DNA of 64,000 bases from Camelus ferus (Eukaryota). A model generated the notes under the pieces. It saw only the letters and a program-made list of their open reading frames with translations. It had not been told where the DNA came from and did not search any database. Location of the stretch: NCBI RefSeq assembly GCF_009834535.1, contig NC_045697.1:42410001-42474000 (forward strand), written 5' to 3'. The translations under genes were made by a program, and so were the position numbers. How positions within the stretch are numbered: the stretch's first letter is position 1; every line of letters starts with the position of its first letter. Of the stretch, positions 26,851 to 38,934 are shown one piece after another.

Positions 26851-29637
26851 ACATGTCAACTGACATAAGTGGGTATCACTGTCTCCATTCACAGGCAAAG
26901 TAAAGAAACATCCTGTGATGATGCAACTTGGAGACGACAAAACTTGGATTTGGAACCTAGGCAACCTAGCTCTTAATTATATACTACATGTCTCTTAAAA
27001 CAGTACCAATATGATTAAATTTAGGAAGGAAAAGTTTACTTTTTCTCCCATCTGTACACTCCCTTTTCTTTATCCATCATTCACTCTTTTGGACAACCAC
27101 CAACCACTGAATGCATGAAATGCCAAGCACAGTGTGCTAGGCACTGCAGATACCACACTGAGCAAGCCAGACAAGACCCCTGCCCTCAGAGAGCCGACAT
27201 CCATTCGGGGATATAGATAAGAACATAAACAGCTGCAATATTCTAAGTGCAGTTACATGGATGATACAAGGAACCTTGGGAAAACAAAGGAAGGGACCTA
27301 ACCTCACAGATTTCTCTCCCTCTCCCAAAATATTCAGTTACTAACTGTCTTGAAGTGCAGGAAACAATTCCACAATAGTGAACTGCTCTACTTGAGTAGC
27401 TCATAGATGAGTTCCTCCCCAAGGGGAGGAAGGCAGGCTGGACAATTTTCCCTTACACTTCTTGGGATGCCCAAGGCTTTTTCCACATTTACTGTGCATT
27501 CACTCTTTCTCCTACCGGCAAGTGTTCTTCCTTCTGATGTGCAGAGGTGAGAAATGGTTCCCTATTCTGTTACTCTGTTACAGATCAGTCCCCATACCTG
27601 CCAACAGGCTGTGGTACTGTCAGTGCCCAGGGGCCATGCTTCAGTCCATTTTGTTTAGAGCAGTCACCACTCAGCTCGTCCTCGCTCACACCCATCACTC
27701 CTGGACAGGATGGCAATTGAAAGGGAACAATAAGGACATTCCTTTTACATTTTCAGCATCAGATCTGACTTAAATAATCCCCTTCTCTGGATCATCAAGC
27801 CAGACCCTTTCTTCTGACCCCACCTCAGGCTTTGTCTATGATTCACATCCCTAATATGTAAAGTCTTCCTTACGTGAATCACCACATCAAGGAACTGAGG
27901 AAGACAACAGACTATTCTATTTTGTTCTCACCCTCAATGTCCTTCTCTCAGTAGAGTAATATCTCTCATCAGATTCTAAAAAGGAAAGGCGGAATGTGAT
28001 TGTCAAAACTTCCACTGCACTTTGATCTTATTTTATCTTGTTAATTCTGCACTCACCATTTGCCCTCTGAATAGGAGACATGGAAACATGGAACATCGTG
28101 GAAACATCAAGCCCACTGGTAGATGGTTTCTACCAGTGATAAGAGCCACAGCGGAATTACTTGACAAACCTAAAAGCAAGGACAGTATTCAGGTAATAGA
28201 GACAGCACGAATAACAACAACAACGAGAAAAGCAAATACACAATTTCATTTTACTTGTCCTTAGTGGCTTAAAAGACTTGGCACAGACAATGTTTGTCGC
28301 ATGAACGATGGCCCCTTTTGCCTTCCAGCTTTTTGCATCAATGGACTTCTTCGCTTGTCTCATTTCTTAACACTTTACCTCTGGTCATTCCATTTGTCAC
28401 TATAATTATGTGACTCGAAGGGCAATAATCTAGTGAAACAAGGACTGTGAGTTCCCATCCTGGCTAAGCCAATAACTCCTCTTGTGACCTTGTAGGAGTT
28501 ATCCGAGCTCCACATTCTCAGTTTTAGAATGGCAGTGACAATAACCTACCCCAAAGGTTTGTGTGAAAACAAGTAGATTTTTTAAATTATGATAAAATGC
28601 TCCATAAACAAAGGGCTTTGAAGCTGCATTATCATTCTCAGGCTTGTGCTGCATTTCCAGTTAGAGTCAGTCAGTTACTGATCAATCATTACTGGAGCAG
28701 CAGTCCCTTCCCAAGAAGAGCAGCCATGGGCAGAAGACTATGGAGATGAAATATGCATTAAAACATTGTTCTCACAACTTTAGATATCAAATGATGCCAT
28801 CAGATCATTTCATTGTCATCAAAAGCACCTGAGCTCTTTGCATCTTCATAGAAGACTGAACATGAGGGAGCTTGACAGAGAGGAGGCAAGGATGAGAACA
28901 TTGATTTTCATCGTTTATCCTTGCCATGTTGGAGGAGAGTCAGTAATCAGCATGAAATCGGAGCTGCTAGCTCCCAGGATACTCCCCTGTGCTCAGCGGC
29001 TGGCAGTAGCAAGGTTTAGCAGGTTGGGCAGAAAATGCAGATTCAGGTGGCAAAACTGTGCTCAAGACCCTGGTTTGCTAACCCTTTTCACCCTCCTTCC
29101 AGCATTCTGTGCTCCCTCGGGCGTCTCAGACTAGATTTTTGTGCACTCTAGCTGTTGCTCAGCTCCAGGGTTCTGGACCTCCTCTCTACTCCCAGAATTT
29201 CAGGAGAAATTTCCACTTATAAAAGCTTTCCTTGTGGCTAACGTTTACATGTATTAGAGATGAAAGATGGTAACAGCTATTAAACTTAACCCTGCTGGAA
29301 TCCTCCCTGAACTTTTCTGTGGTTTCTGCCTCAACGCCCACTGCCTCTCCTGGCCCTCACCACTTCTGTTAGTTCTACTTCCTTCTCCATTATCCCTAAT
29401 CCCTTTAGATTCTCAAGTGAGAGCTTTGGGTAAGATGAAAACATTAGGAGCAGGGCGGACGGTTGCCAAGTGCATGGGTCCTTGCTTCCATGCCTGCCCC
29501 TCCTCCCCCTTTCAGGCTTTTCTCCACGAAGCCACCAGGGGTACCTTTTGAAAATGTGACTCAGATCATCTCACTCCTTACCTTAAAATCCTGCAGCCTC
29601 TCCCCTTAACACTGAGAATGAAATGTAAAGCCCATTC

Positions 29638-30223
29638 TATGACCAATAAATGTCACCAGCAAAGCCCACCAGGGTCCCCAGGAAAACTAACGTGGAATCC
29701 AGGCGATAGGCTCTAACCGCTTCTTCGGTGCTGAGTCTGGTTTCACTTGCCTGTAGGGAGCCACGTGCAGAGGCCTTACACCTAAACAATGGATTGCAGT
29801 TCCCAACGCAGAACCACCGCGGCACTTCGCCGCCGCCTTGTGTACAAGTGCGGGGCCAACACCTCAATTTAAGATGGCGACGGCAGCGGAGGCGGCGGCG
29901 GCGGCAGCAGGGGCGACGGCAGCGGTGGGCCGTGTGCAGAGACACTGCACCCGGCACTGCAACCTGGAGCCCCAAGCAGCACAGCTGTGCCCTCATCGCG
30001 AGAAGCCTGCCGCCTCCCAGCGAGGGGATCCCTAAGCGCGGCCCCGCCCACAGCCTGCCCGGGAGAGTGTGTACTCCAGAGCGGGAGCTCGCACCTCTCT
30101 GTTCTCTGATCAAAGAGTAAAGCTTCCCTTTGCTTCTGAATCGAAACTTGACCTCGTTCTATTGGCTCGAAGGACACTGGGCAGGAGGACCGTGTTGCGG
30201 ACTGACTAGGAGGGTTGATAACA
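29638..30223 (+). promoter_or_regulatory. ERV 5' LTR forming a CpG island
   Basis: About 39 CpGs by hand count in ~585 bp; (GGC)n tract 29878-29925; YY1-like AAGATGGCG 29871-29879; GC box GGCCCCGCCC ~30040; poly(A)-signal variant AGTAAA 30116-30121; ends ...gataaca. The 5' boundary is approximate. Confidence 0.8.
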
Positions 30224-31499
30224 AATGTTCTTGACTCTGGTGTGACGGACAGTGGCCTTTTCAACTGCACACATCCACTAGGCTGCAGGCTCGCCCCAGC
30301 TCCAGCAGGAGGATGGTAAAGGCTCTGGGAGGTTCACGTGAGGATGACTGACTCTGATCTCTGAGTTCACTCTGGCAGGGTAGAACGGTGAGAGCTTTCA
30401 ACTGAATTCAGAGCAACTCTGCCCAGCAGCTTGATACCGGGGTGTGGTGCACACACAAGGTAGCCCCCAGAGTAACCTGGACCATGCCCCAGTTGAGGGA
30501 ATCACACTGAGGCATCAGAGACTGAAAGTCACAGGTGTCTGCCCCCTGCTCCTGGCTGGCTTTCCTGTGGTACCGGGTGCCCAGGGATGGTGGGGACCTG
30601 TGTTCGGTGGGGACTCACTGTCTCACCAGTAGTGCTGCCCTCTTGACCCCTGTACAAGGCAGTAATGGCTGCACTAGGGCTTTTTGCCGTCCTCGCCAAC
30701 CTCCAGGGATCAACAGCAGCCTTCTCCATAGTCACTTCCAGTTTGGTAAAGGGAAGTGGCCAGCCCTGTGAGCCAAGAGGAGAGACCAGGACGAGACCCT
30801 GGTAATGAGGACCGCCTGACAGAATGGAATAAGGATGCTTGATATGAGTTCAGGAATGGCACCAGGGATGCCCCAGTATGAAAGGGTGATTTTACCTCTT
30901 CAGGTCAGCTCTAGTTTCTCTAAAGTGGGCAGGGCAGCCTTGTGAGCCACTCACAACACCAGGAACCTCATTATTAGGAAGCTCTGTGAGCTGCTGGCAA
31001 GAACTGAAACACCCACAGCCCAAACCACAGTCCTCCCCACTCAGCTCGTGAGGGGACCTTTGGGTGACTCTTTATCAACTGAGTTTCCGCTCAAGTTCTT
31101 CTCCCGCCATCAGCACAGAACACCAGCTGTCCAACCATATGTTGAGTACCCATGGGAACTCCCCGTGCTCTTAGCTGTCACCTGGCGGGAAGTCCAAAAC
31201 TCCTCCTTTTTGGCCAAAAGGAGGAAAGAGAAGACCCCCACCCCAGAGAGCTCTAGCACTCCCTAACGGACCACGTTCGTCAGGAGCAAACACAGCTAAG
31301 CTGCTCTGGCCTGGAGAGGGTCCCGGCTAAACTTCCATGGGACATTCTGACTAAGGAGGAACTGATTCAAGCACAGACCATTGTAAGTCCAAGGGGGGGC
31401 CTCCAACTGCATCAAAGCCCCTGTCAATTTGGGTCTCTTGAGGAAACCATTAACAGTTTGGTGCTGGTTCAAAATTTCCCAAACTAGAAATCTTATTTT

Positions 31500-32439
31500 C
31501 AGTCAAATCTTGTGGCATTTGTGTGCCAACACATCACTCCAACTGCCCCTTCAGTAGTTGGAAAAAAGTCATAATAAGGTGTTGAGGGAAGATCCATGGG
31601 AATTCCTGAGTGACCCATGACCCAAACTGGGCTGACATGCAGAGCCTGCTCAATGTGCTCCTAATGGGGGAAGAAAAGGCCACAGTCTTTTCAAAAGCCA
31701 GAGAGGAAGCAGACAAAGCAGAAACAATGCGGGTCATGCTATTTTCAGGCCAGGGAATCAAGTGGTCCCAGATAAGGAACCCAACTGGGACCTCCTAGAC
31801 AATGGAGAAGGGGGTGAAAATGGAGGCTGACTCATTAGAAAAATATGATCCTAAGGAGAATCCAGACAGCATGAAAGAAACCTGTCAACTGAAATACAAT
31901 AAAGGAAATCAATCAGAAGCCAACAGAAAACCCTTTGGCATTCTGAGAGGACCTAAGGGAATACCTCCAAATCTATACCACCACGGATACTGTGACTGGA
32001 CAGGAATGCTATCTGAGGTCATATTTCATTTCCCAGAGTGCCTCTGACATTAGGCATAAACTTAATTCCAGAAACTGGAAGTAGAACCAGATACCCCTCT
32101 GGCCTGGTCAAGGTAGCCTACCAGGTGTTTAGTAACCGAGACTTAGAAGAGGAAGTCAGAGGATAAAGGCCTGGAGGCAAACCCACCCACTGGCTGTTGT
32201 TCAGTGTCAACCAGTCAGCATGGAATCTGGACCAACCACCCACGGAGACTCTCGACTCTGGTGAGTGACCTCAGACCCCACCAAGGGATAGCAAGCCAAG
32301 AAATCTAGGACCCAATCAGTGCACCGTATGTAAACAAGAGGGACACTGGAAGAGAGAACGTCCTCACCACCCTGGAAGGGGGGTGGAAATGGCAGATCCC
32401 TAACTTCGAAGGCAGATATTCCAAATAGATGAAGAATGA
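31500..32439 (+). pseudogene. gag: ERV gag remnant (capsid plus nucleocapsid), with stops and frameshifts
   Basis: THDPNWADMQSLLNVLLMGEEK (p30 capsid); major homology region-like INQKPTENPLAF*EDLRE; FISQSASDIRHKL; zinc knuckle CTVCKQEGHWKRER at 32320-32361; terminal TGA 32437-32439. Confidence 0.9.
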
Positions 32440-32834
32440 CAGGGCCAGGGGGCTCCCTAGGTGGCACTCAAACTGACCCCTGAGGAGCCCCAGCTGGCAT
32501 TGGACAGAAGGGGAAAGCCTGCCGAGTTCTTAGTTGACACTAGTGCCGCTTACTCGGTTCTGAACACCAGATCAGGCAAACTCAGTCACAACAGTTGTGA
32601 AATTATGGAGGTATGAAGGAAGGCCTGAGAACAGGCCCCTGCTAGGAAGACTTCTTACATAAACTGGGGGCCACTGTCCACCAAATGGGAGACAAACTGG
32701 AGACTGGTGTCCCCTTAGACAAAGGGCACAAGATGATAATGTTAATAGCTAAGAAGAAACCTTCCCAGACAGAGCAAGTCGACCTCCCTGGAGCTGAGGT
32801 CTGGGACTGGGAACAGGTGGGAAGAGCTGTATTA
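32440..32834 (+). pseudogene. pro: ERV aspartic protease remnant and first residues of RT
   Basis: In frame with the gag stop: PEEPQLALDRRGKPAEFLVDTSAAYSVLN (DTG>DTS at 32536-32544), then frameshifted PLLGR(D)FLHKLGA, then EVWDWEQVGRA. Confidence 0.9.
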
Positions 32835-32905
32835 GTTCTATGGGGCTCAAATGACACCTGGCAGAAGGACTCTTGCTGGGGACTGACTCAGGACAGTAGA
32901 TAATA
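32835..32905 (+). repeat. Terminal (U5) stub of the ERV 3' LTR
   Basis: Hand alignment to 30156-30223 gives about 54/71 identical columns (gttctat..ggctc..gacac..ggcag.aggac..ggactgact.agga..gt.gataa.a). Confidence 0.85.
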
Positions 32906-33407
32906 TAAAGTGATTTATGTGATTTAAAATTTTATGTGATTTGGCCAGTGTCTACCTCTCCAAATATACTTCCATCGCCTTCTCTCTGCTCCAACCACCC
33001 TGTCAGCAGCAGTGCTCCTCATATACCCCATGCAACTCACGCCTCAGGGCCTTTGCACTTGCTCTGACCTTAACTGAGATGCTCTTCCTGAGAGTCACAT
33101 GGCTCATTCTCCACCTTTATTCAGGTCTACACAAATCTCACCTTATCATGGAGACCTTCCTTAGCCACCCTATCATTAATAGCCCCTTGAGTCTCTGCCT
33201 TTAACTTACCCTGATTTAGCTCCATAGAACTAACACCTCTTGGTATTATATTATTATTCATCAGTTTATTTGTTATAAACTTATTAATTTGAAAATTCCA
33301 TGAGGGCAGAGACTTGCTCTCTATTGTTCATCACTGTATGTATCTTCAGCATAAGGAACAGTGCATGGCCCTAAGTAGGCATTCAATAAATATGTGTTGA
33401 ATAAAAG

Positions 33408-33505
33408 AGGAAGGAGAGGAGGGAGAGAGGAATGCAGGAGGGCAGGCAGGCAGGAAAGAAGGAAGGAGGGGAGGAAGGAAGGAGGGAGTAAGGGAGTGAG
33501 GAAAG
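33408..33505. repeat. Purine-rich (GGAA/GGAG/GGCA)n low-complexity tract
   Basis: Read directly from sequence; follows the L2 3' end. Confidence 0.9.
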
Positions 33506-33509
33506 GCAG

Positions 33510-34850
33510 AATATGAAGGTTTAGATACTGGTAGATATGGTGGTGAATATTCCATGGAAGTTCCTGTTTTGTTACTTCAGTTTTCATGGTGACAAATTTG
33601 AGACTGCTAACAGGAGAAAAGGGGTGATAGTTATAAGAGTAGACGGAAAAAATGTGAAGTAGTTGTCTAAGAAAATGGAAGACTGAATGGGCCAGTACAA
33701 TTCCCTGGTAGCAATAAGGTTTGTATATTGAATTTAAAGTGAGACTAGTCATTAGAGTTGCCAGTTTTTCTCCAGTAATACTCCATTGCATGGTTGTATG
33801 TCCAGAGAAGGAAGAATTTAACGTAACTCCAGTTTCACAGAAGCAGTACAATAAAGGGAGAGATGGACAAGGGAGTCAAGAATAAATGTGAGGAAGATTA
33901 TTATGATTGCCCATGGATGAATCTGGGTGAGAAGGATAATGAAGATGTCACAAGGAGAGGAACCCTTCAGATCAGTGAACTGTAGGTCCCCACAGAGGTC
34001 AAAGGATGGCTGAATATGAGCTGAGGAAAGTGTTGTTTAGAGAGCTGGGTATAAGAGGTTATGGAGGGTTTGCATTTATTGGTAACCATAAGGTCTAGGA
34101 TATAACCATGAGAGTGAGGGGCTGCTCTACCCTGGAGACAAACTTAGTGACCAAGCCTGAAAGAGAATCCAAGGAACTAACAGGTCAGGGTGTTGGAAAG
34201 ATTCCTTCCATACATATTAAAATTAGCAAGAATTGTACGTATTAGAGACAGCAAAAATGAGTCATGAATGAAACTGTAGAAGATAAGAGGAAAAGCCTGG
34301 AGAATCAGTACATGGTGGCAACGATAAGGGGTAATGAAGGCTAAAATCTGATTGCATGAGATTCAGTGTCAAAGGTTGTAGGGAGGGAGAAGGGAGAATG
34401 TTATGGAAGCAGCAGTAACGAGGAGGAGACCTCCACACTCAGGCCCAGTGGTGGGAGAGCTTTAGAAGACAAACAGCCATCACTGGAGACAGCTGTCAAG
34501 GAAGCAGGCACTTTGGGAGAGAGCCAGGTTTCTTTTACAGCAAGAAGATGAAAGGACTATTCAGAGAATAGGTTGAGGATACAGAAGATTTTCATTCTAA
34601 TGGGACTGGAACTCCAGAGGGCACCATGGAAGAATTGTAAGAGTTGCAGAAGGGTAAGGAAAGAGAACAGAATATGGAACTCAATGGGGAATTAGCGTGT
34701 GGGACAGGAGAGGTGACCTGGATGTCTGGGGATTCCTCTGGTGGCTGACATAAATAGGCTTGAAGGCAATCATAGAATATTCCCAGTAGACATGATGCAG
34801 ACGCTGATAGGTTATGAGTATCGGTGAGGAGGGAAAGATGGATTTTGAGG
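33510..34850 (-). mobile_element. Long L2 fragment, reverse orientation
   Basis: Purine-rich degenerate text typical of antisense L2 ORF2 (ggagagagccaggtttc; atggaagcagcagt). Confidence 0.6.
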
Positions 34851-37800
34851 CCCTCCTGACAATGAGCGTAGAAGACTAGAAGTAAAATGATGATACTCTA
34901 ATGCACCATTTCTCTCTTAACCTCCGTTGGGGAAGGGGCAATTTTGTTTTAAGTATATGTGATCATCTTGACCCTTACGGGAGGACCTAATGGTTTTGCC
35001 AGCTACCACACCAAGCTGTGCCTGTTCTCCCTTCTCTCCTCCCTGACTAACTTCATTATCTCACCAAAGAGAATTTTGAGAAAGTTAGAATAGAAAATGA
35101 TGTCATGGCAGACACTGCCTGCCCTCACACATACATCTAGTTTGTCATTAAGTAAAATCATTCAGTGTTCTTCTCTGAATTAGTCCCTCCTTTGCTTTGC
35201 TTTCCTACCGCTTTACTTTAGGTCCTCATTATCCTAATAGCCTCCTAATGGTCTCTCTCTCCAACCCCCAACAGCAGTCTATATTTCACACTGCTGCCAG
35301 GGGGCTTTTTCTAAATTCAAATCTTATGTTCTCTCTCAACCCTCCTTGAAATTCATTAATCAGTCACCTCTATTGCTTTCAGAATAAAATCCAAATTCTT
35401 TAGCATGGTGCACAAAGGCCTCCAGGATCTAGCTACTTGTCCAGCCTCACTGTTGAAAGTAACTACCCCCAGATACATTTTATGCTCCAAACTGCAGTCA
35501 TATCTCCAAGAGAACAAGCTTTTATAATAGGAATTAGATATAATGCAATCAACTAATTATGAAAACTACTCTGTTCTGTGTAAACTACTATCGATTATAA
35601 GTCAATCTCTGTTGGGAATTAATAGCTAACTAGTAGAGCAGGGAGAAACTCATGCAGGCAAAGCATGGAAACATATGACTGCTTTGAGTGCACGGCCAGA
35701 TGCTCTGCCAACATCCTTCCGTGGACGTCTGTTCTTGGGCTCTTTTCTTTACCTTTGGCAACTGTGATAAATGCAACAAACACAGTTATGAGGTCAAGTC
35801 TCAGTGACAGAAGGAACTGTGGCCACACGGACCAAAGAGCAAATGAGAAACGGTTTAGTTTTGATTGTGTCCATTTCAATTTTTTTGTTGTTGTTTATAA
35901 TATAAAAATACCCTCATAAAAATAAACATATTTTTATTATTGAAATTTCTGCAGGAGGTAAAAAAACTATTAGAATCTTGGAGTTCCCTAGCATCTTACC
36001 TTTTTTCACTGAAGAAGTTATGTGACTTTTAACAAAAGGTTTCATAGGAATGCAGCCAGACTCTGCTTCCTCTAACTAGCTAATTTCTGTTGGTCCTCCT
36101 TGACTTAGCAAAAATATCATCATCTTTAGAAAGCTTTTCTCTGATTCTCCTGGCTTAAATCCGGTGTTCTTCATCCTCACTGCAATGGCACTCTGGACAT
36201 AATTCTAAGTGAACCTAGCACTCTATGTTACATTTGTTAATTTAATGTTCTCTCTCTCCTGCCTGTTTAAAGTGGGAACTTGAGAGCAGAAGCCCTCCTT
36301 CATCTGTGTATCACCATGACTTTAAGTAGTGTGTCATATATAATACCTTCACAATACATGTTTGTTAAAAAGAAGTGATTGATTGTAAAATGGCTGTTGA
36401 TTGATTATATGATGGTTATTCTTATTTATTTTGTGTCAGATTCCCCTTTCTCAAAATTTTCTTAGGGGCTCCAAATTTCTAAGTTATAATAACTTGCTCC
36501 CAGCAATTATTACTGTAACTCACATGCAAATTAGGATACCACTCTGTGGGAAATCATTCTATTCATTTCACATTCAGGGAGCTGGGTTACACTTAAACCA
36601 TTATCCGTCCTACCTGATAAAAAAAAAGGTTAGCTGGCATGGTCCTCTAAGATCTGATTCTGTTGCCCAATTGGGAAGAAGACATTTAGAAATCAATAAC
36701 TCGTAAAACATGCTAATAGCTTCAAATAAGCTTCTTCAGAACTGTGCCATTAGTGGAAGACCCTAGGTAACATGCACTCTATCCCTCCCTCCCACACACA
36801 TCAGACATCAAACCACCAACTGTGCATATGTATTTATTCACTTGTTTACTTAAGATTTATTCTCTATTCCCCTAACATAATTTTATAGGATTGATTAGCT
36901 AGGAATACCATTAATATCCACATTTCAGGGAACTTGTGATTCATGGGTGTGTGGAAGTAGCTAATAGTAGCTTGAATTAATTAGTAGCTTAGTTTTATGT
37001 CTTCTTTCACTGGCCTTTGTATCAGCAATTTTTCAGGAATAGTTTATGGGTCAAGAATATTGTGATATCACATAGCTTGTGTGCAGAAAATGTAGAGTGA
37101 CTCTATGTGTATAGAAAATAAAGAGTACTTATTTAATGTTTTCCTGTATAGCCAGATGATTGGTAAGTTTTTTTTTAGTTCAATAACAACAGCTGAGAAT
37201 TCAAGAGAAAAACATATCGAGAGAAAATCGGAAAATTAATGGCTATTGTGAACTGCACACTTAAAATGAATGCATTATCTTGTATGTAAATTATGCCTCA
37301 GTAATTTGGAGAAAAATCAATATCTGTAGTGACAAAAAATAGATTGGCATTTTCATAGGGCTGGGGAGGTGAGATGATATAAAGGAGCATAAAGGAATTT
37401 GGGGGAGCTATGGAAATGTTCTATATCTTGATTGTGGCTGATGATTATTTAAGTGGATATGTTTATCAAAATTTATCAAACTTGAAAGAAGGTTTATTCC
37501 ATTTTGTGTAAATTATACCTCAGTGAAGTTGAGTTTAAAAAAAAAGTCAGTGAGTAAGCAAAGCCAAATTTTTTACTCAAGCCTCATTAAATTACTTTTT
37601 TGAATATTTATAATAAATAAATGGTGAGTACTACTTCTTTATGGTGACTTTTCTTTGCCAGATATGTCAGACAAAAATAATGCATGTAGATCTTATTAAA
37701 TGAATAGCATCATAAAATTTCTTTCTCTATGGAGAGAAATTATTAACGCTCAATAATGTAAGGTCACAGAGCTGCTCTTGTATATTAAAATGTGTGTAAC

Positions 37801-38109
37801 ATCCCATATGTATAACAACTCACCATCAGTTCTAAGGCCTGTTCTAAAAGAAGAGCAAATAGCTGATAAACTCGTGAATTCACAAATACAGTTCAGCTTG
37901 CATTATATATAGATGGAGAAGTTGTCACTTCTAAATGGAGGAACTTAAACAGTAGCCTTTATCAATTAGATGATACCTGGGAAAGAAGCCCCTCAGGTCA
38001 TAGTGAGGTGCTGTAATGGGTAGGTGTACATGGCACTTTATAGTGGAGACTTCTCACAAGTGGCCCCCCATCACCTTTTCAACATCCTCTGTAGTTTATG
38101 AATTTCTTC

Positions 38110-38660
38110 ATTGTGAGTTTTGTCGTCCCAAGACAATATTCAGGAAATCAATTTTCCCACTATCCTGGGCATCTAGGATGCAAACAGATGACCTTGGTTT
38201 CACTAAGCAGGGTCACCCACAAGGGGATTCAATTCATAACAGGAAGAAACGGGCTAAATGTTGGGCATCAACTTCCCTAATGCCAGTGGCAGTTGAGTAG
38301 CTTGCTTTAAGAGATAGCAGTAGAACCTGCAGTAAAGCTGAGTACCTGGCATCTAAAGCGATTTTAGAGATACCTGTACCAATTTTAGAGAAGGTGAGTT
38401 CCTGGCATCCAAAGTGTGGGTCGTGGTAGCAATGACTTTAGCAGTTCCCACACTGGGCAAGTCTGCACCATGCTTCTGGGGTCAGAGGCAGCGGAAACTA
38501 CACTCTCATCCAGCCGGTGTGTGGTTGGTTCTGGACGTGGCTGCTGGTGATTTGACCTGGTGCCTATTTCTTCAGCCTGGCCAAAGATTCTGTGAGCTAC
38601 TTGATGTTCTCTACTAAATTCTTTGTTAGCTTAAACAAGCTGGAATGGAATCTTCTGCCA
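38110..38660 (+). mobile_element. Ancient ERVL-type LTR (LTR33-like)
   Basis: Internal gagtacctggcatc/gagttcctggcatc repeats; end resembles ...taaattctttgttagcttaaacaagctggaatggaat. Confidence 0.5.
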
Positions 38661-38934
38661 CTTTGACCAGTATCATCATATACAGGGGCTTGATCAGCTT
38701 CTTAGGAAATTAAGGACATGTTGAGAAAATTCTACTTCAGTTATTGAGAAAGGTCAGTTTTACTACAGTGTCCACAGAGTTCCTAAACTCGTCCCGGGAG
38801 ACATCTGCTCCCCCTAACTGAGCAGTCTTAGTATTTACTTGGTAACTTAGATCCTCTTTATCGGTGGCCCACCCCAGCACTCTGGGCACACACTGAACCC
38901 CACATTCTGTGTAATAATTATAAATTGTATCTTC

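Larger units (their letters stand above)
29638..32905 (+). mobile_element. Internally deleted class I (gammaretrovirus-like, ERV1) endogenous retrovirus
   Basis: Order is LTR - leader - gag - pro - start of RT - terminal ~70 bp of a second LTR. Most of pol, env and U3-R of the 3' LTR are missing. Confidence 0.9.
29490..33400 (+). mobile_element. L2 element split by the ERV (pieces ~29490-29637 and ~32906-33400)
   Basis: The left piece ends ...actgagaatgaaatgtaaagcccattc. The right piece resumes tgatttggccagtgtctacctctcc...cctcagggcctttgcacttgct and ends gtaggcattcaataaatatgtgttgaata, collinear with L2 consensus. Confidence 0.8.

Noticed and set aside
29637..30270. Long overlapping ORFs (130-158 aa; poly-Arg, poly-Pro) on both strands
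   Set aside because: Expected by-product of GC-rich, GGC-repeat LTR sequence with few stop codons; no recognisable domain.
31500..32834. Domesticated Gag or protease gene
   Set aside because: Multiple stops and frameshifts, a broken CCHC knuckle, DTG>DTS and an internal protease deletion.
33321..33851. 176-aa minus-strand ORF
   Set aside because: Spans an L2 3' end, a low-complexity (CCTT)n tract and another L2 piece; a chance ORF.
38335..38415. Short direct repeats (gagtacctggcatc / ttttagaga) as a CRISPR-like array
   Set aside because: Only two imperfect copies inside an old LTR of a mammalian genome; no repeat-spacer structure.
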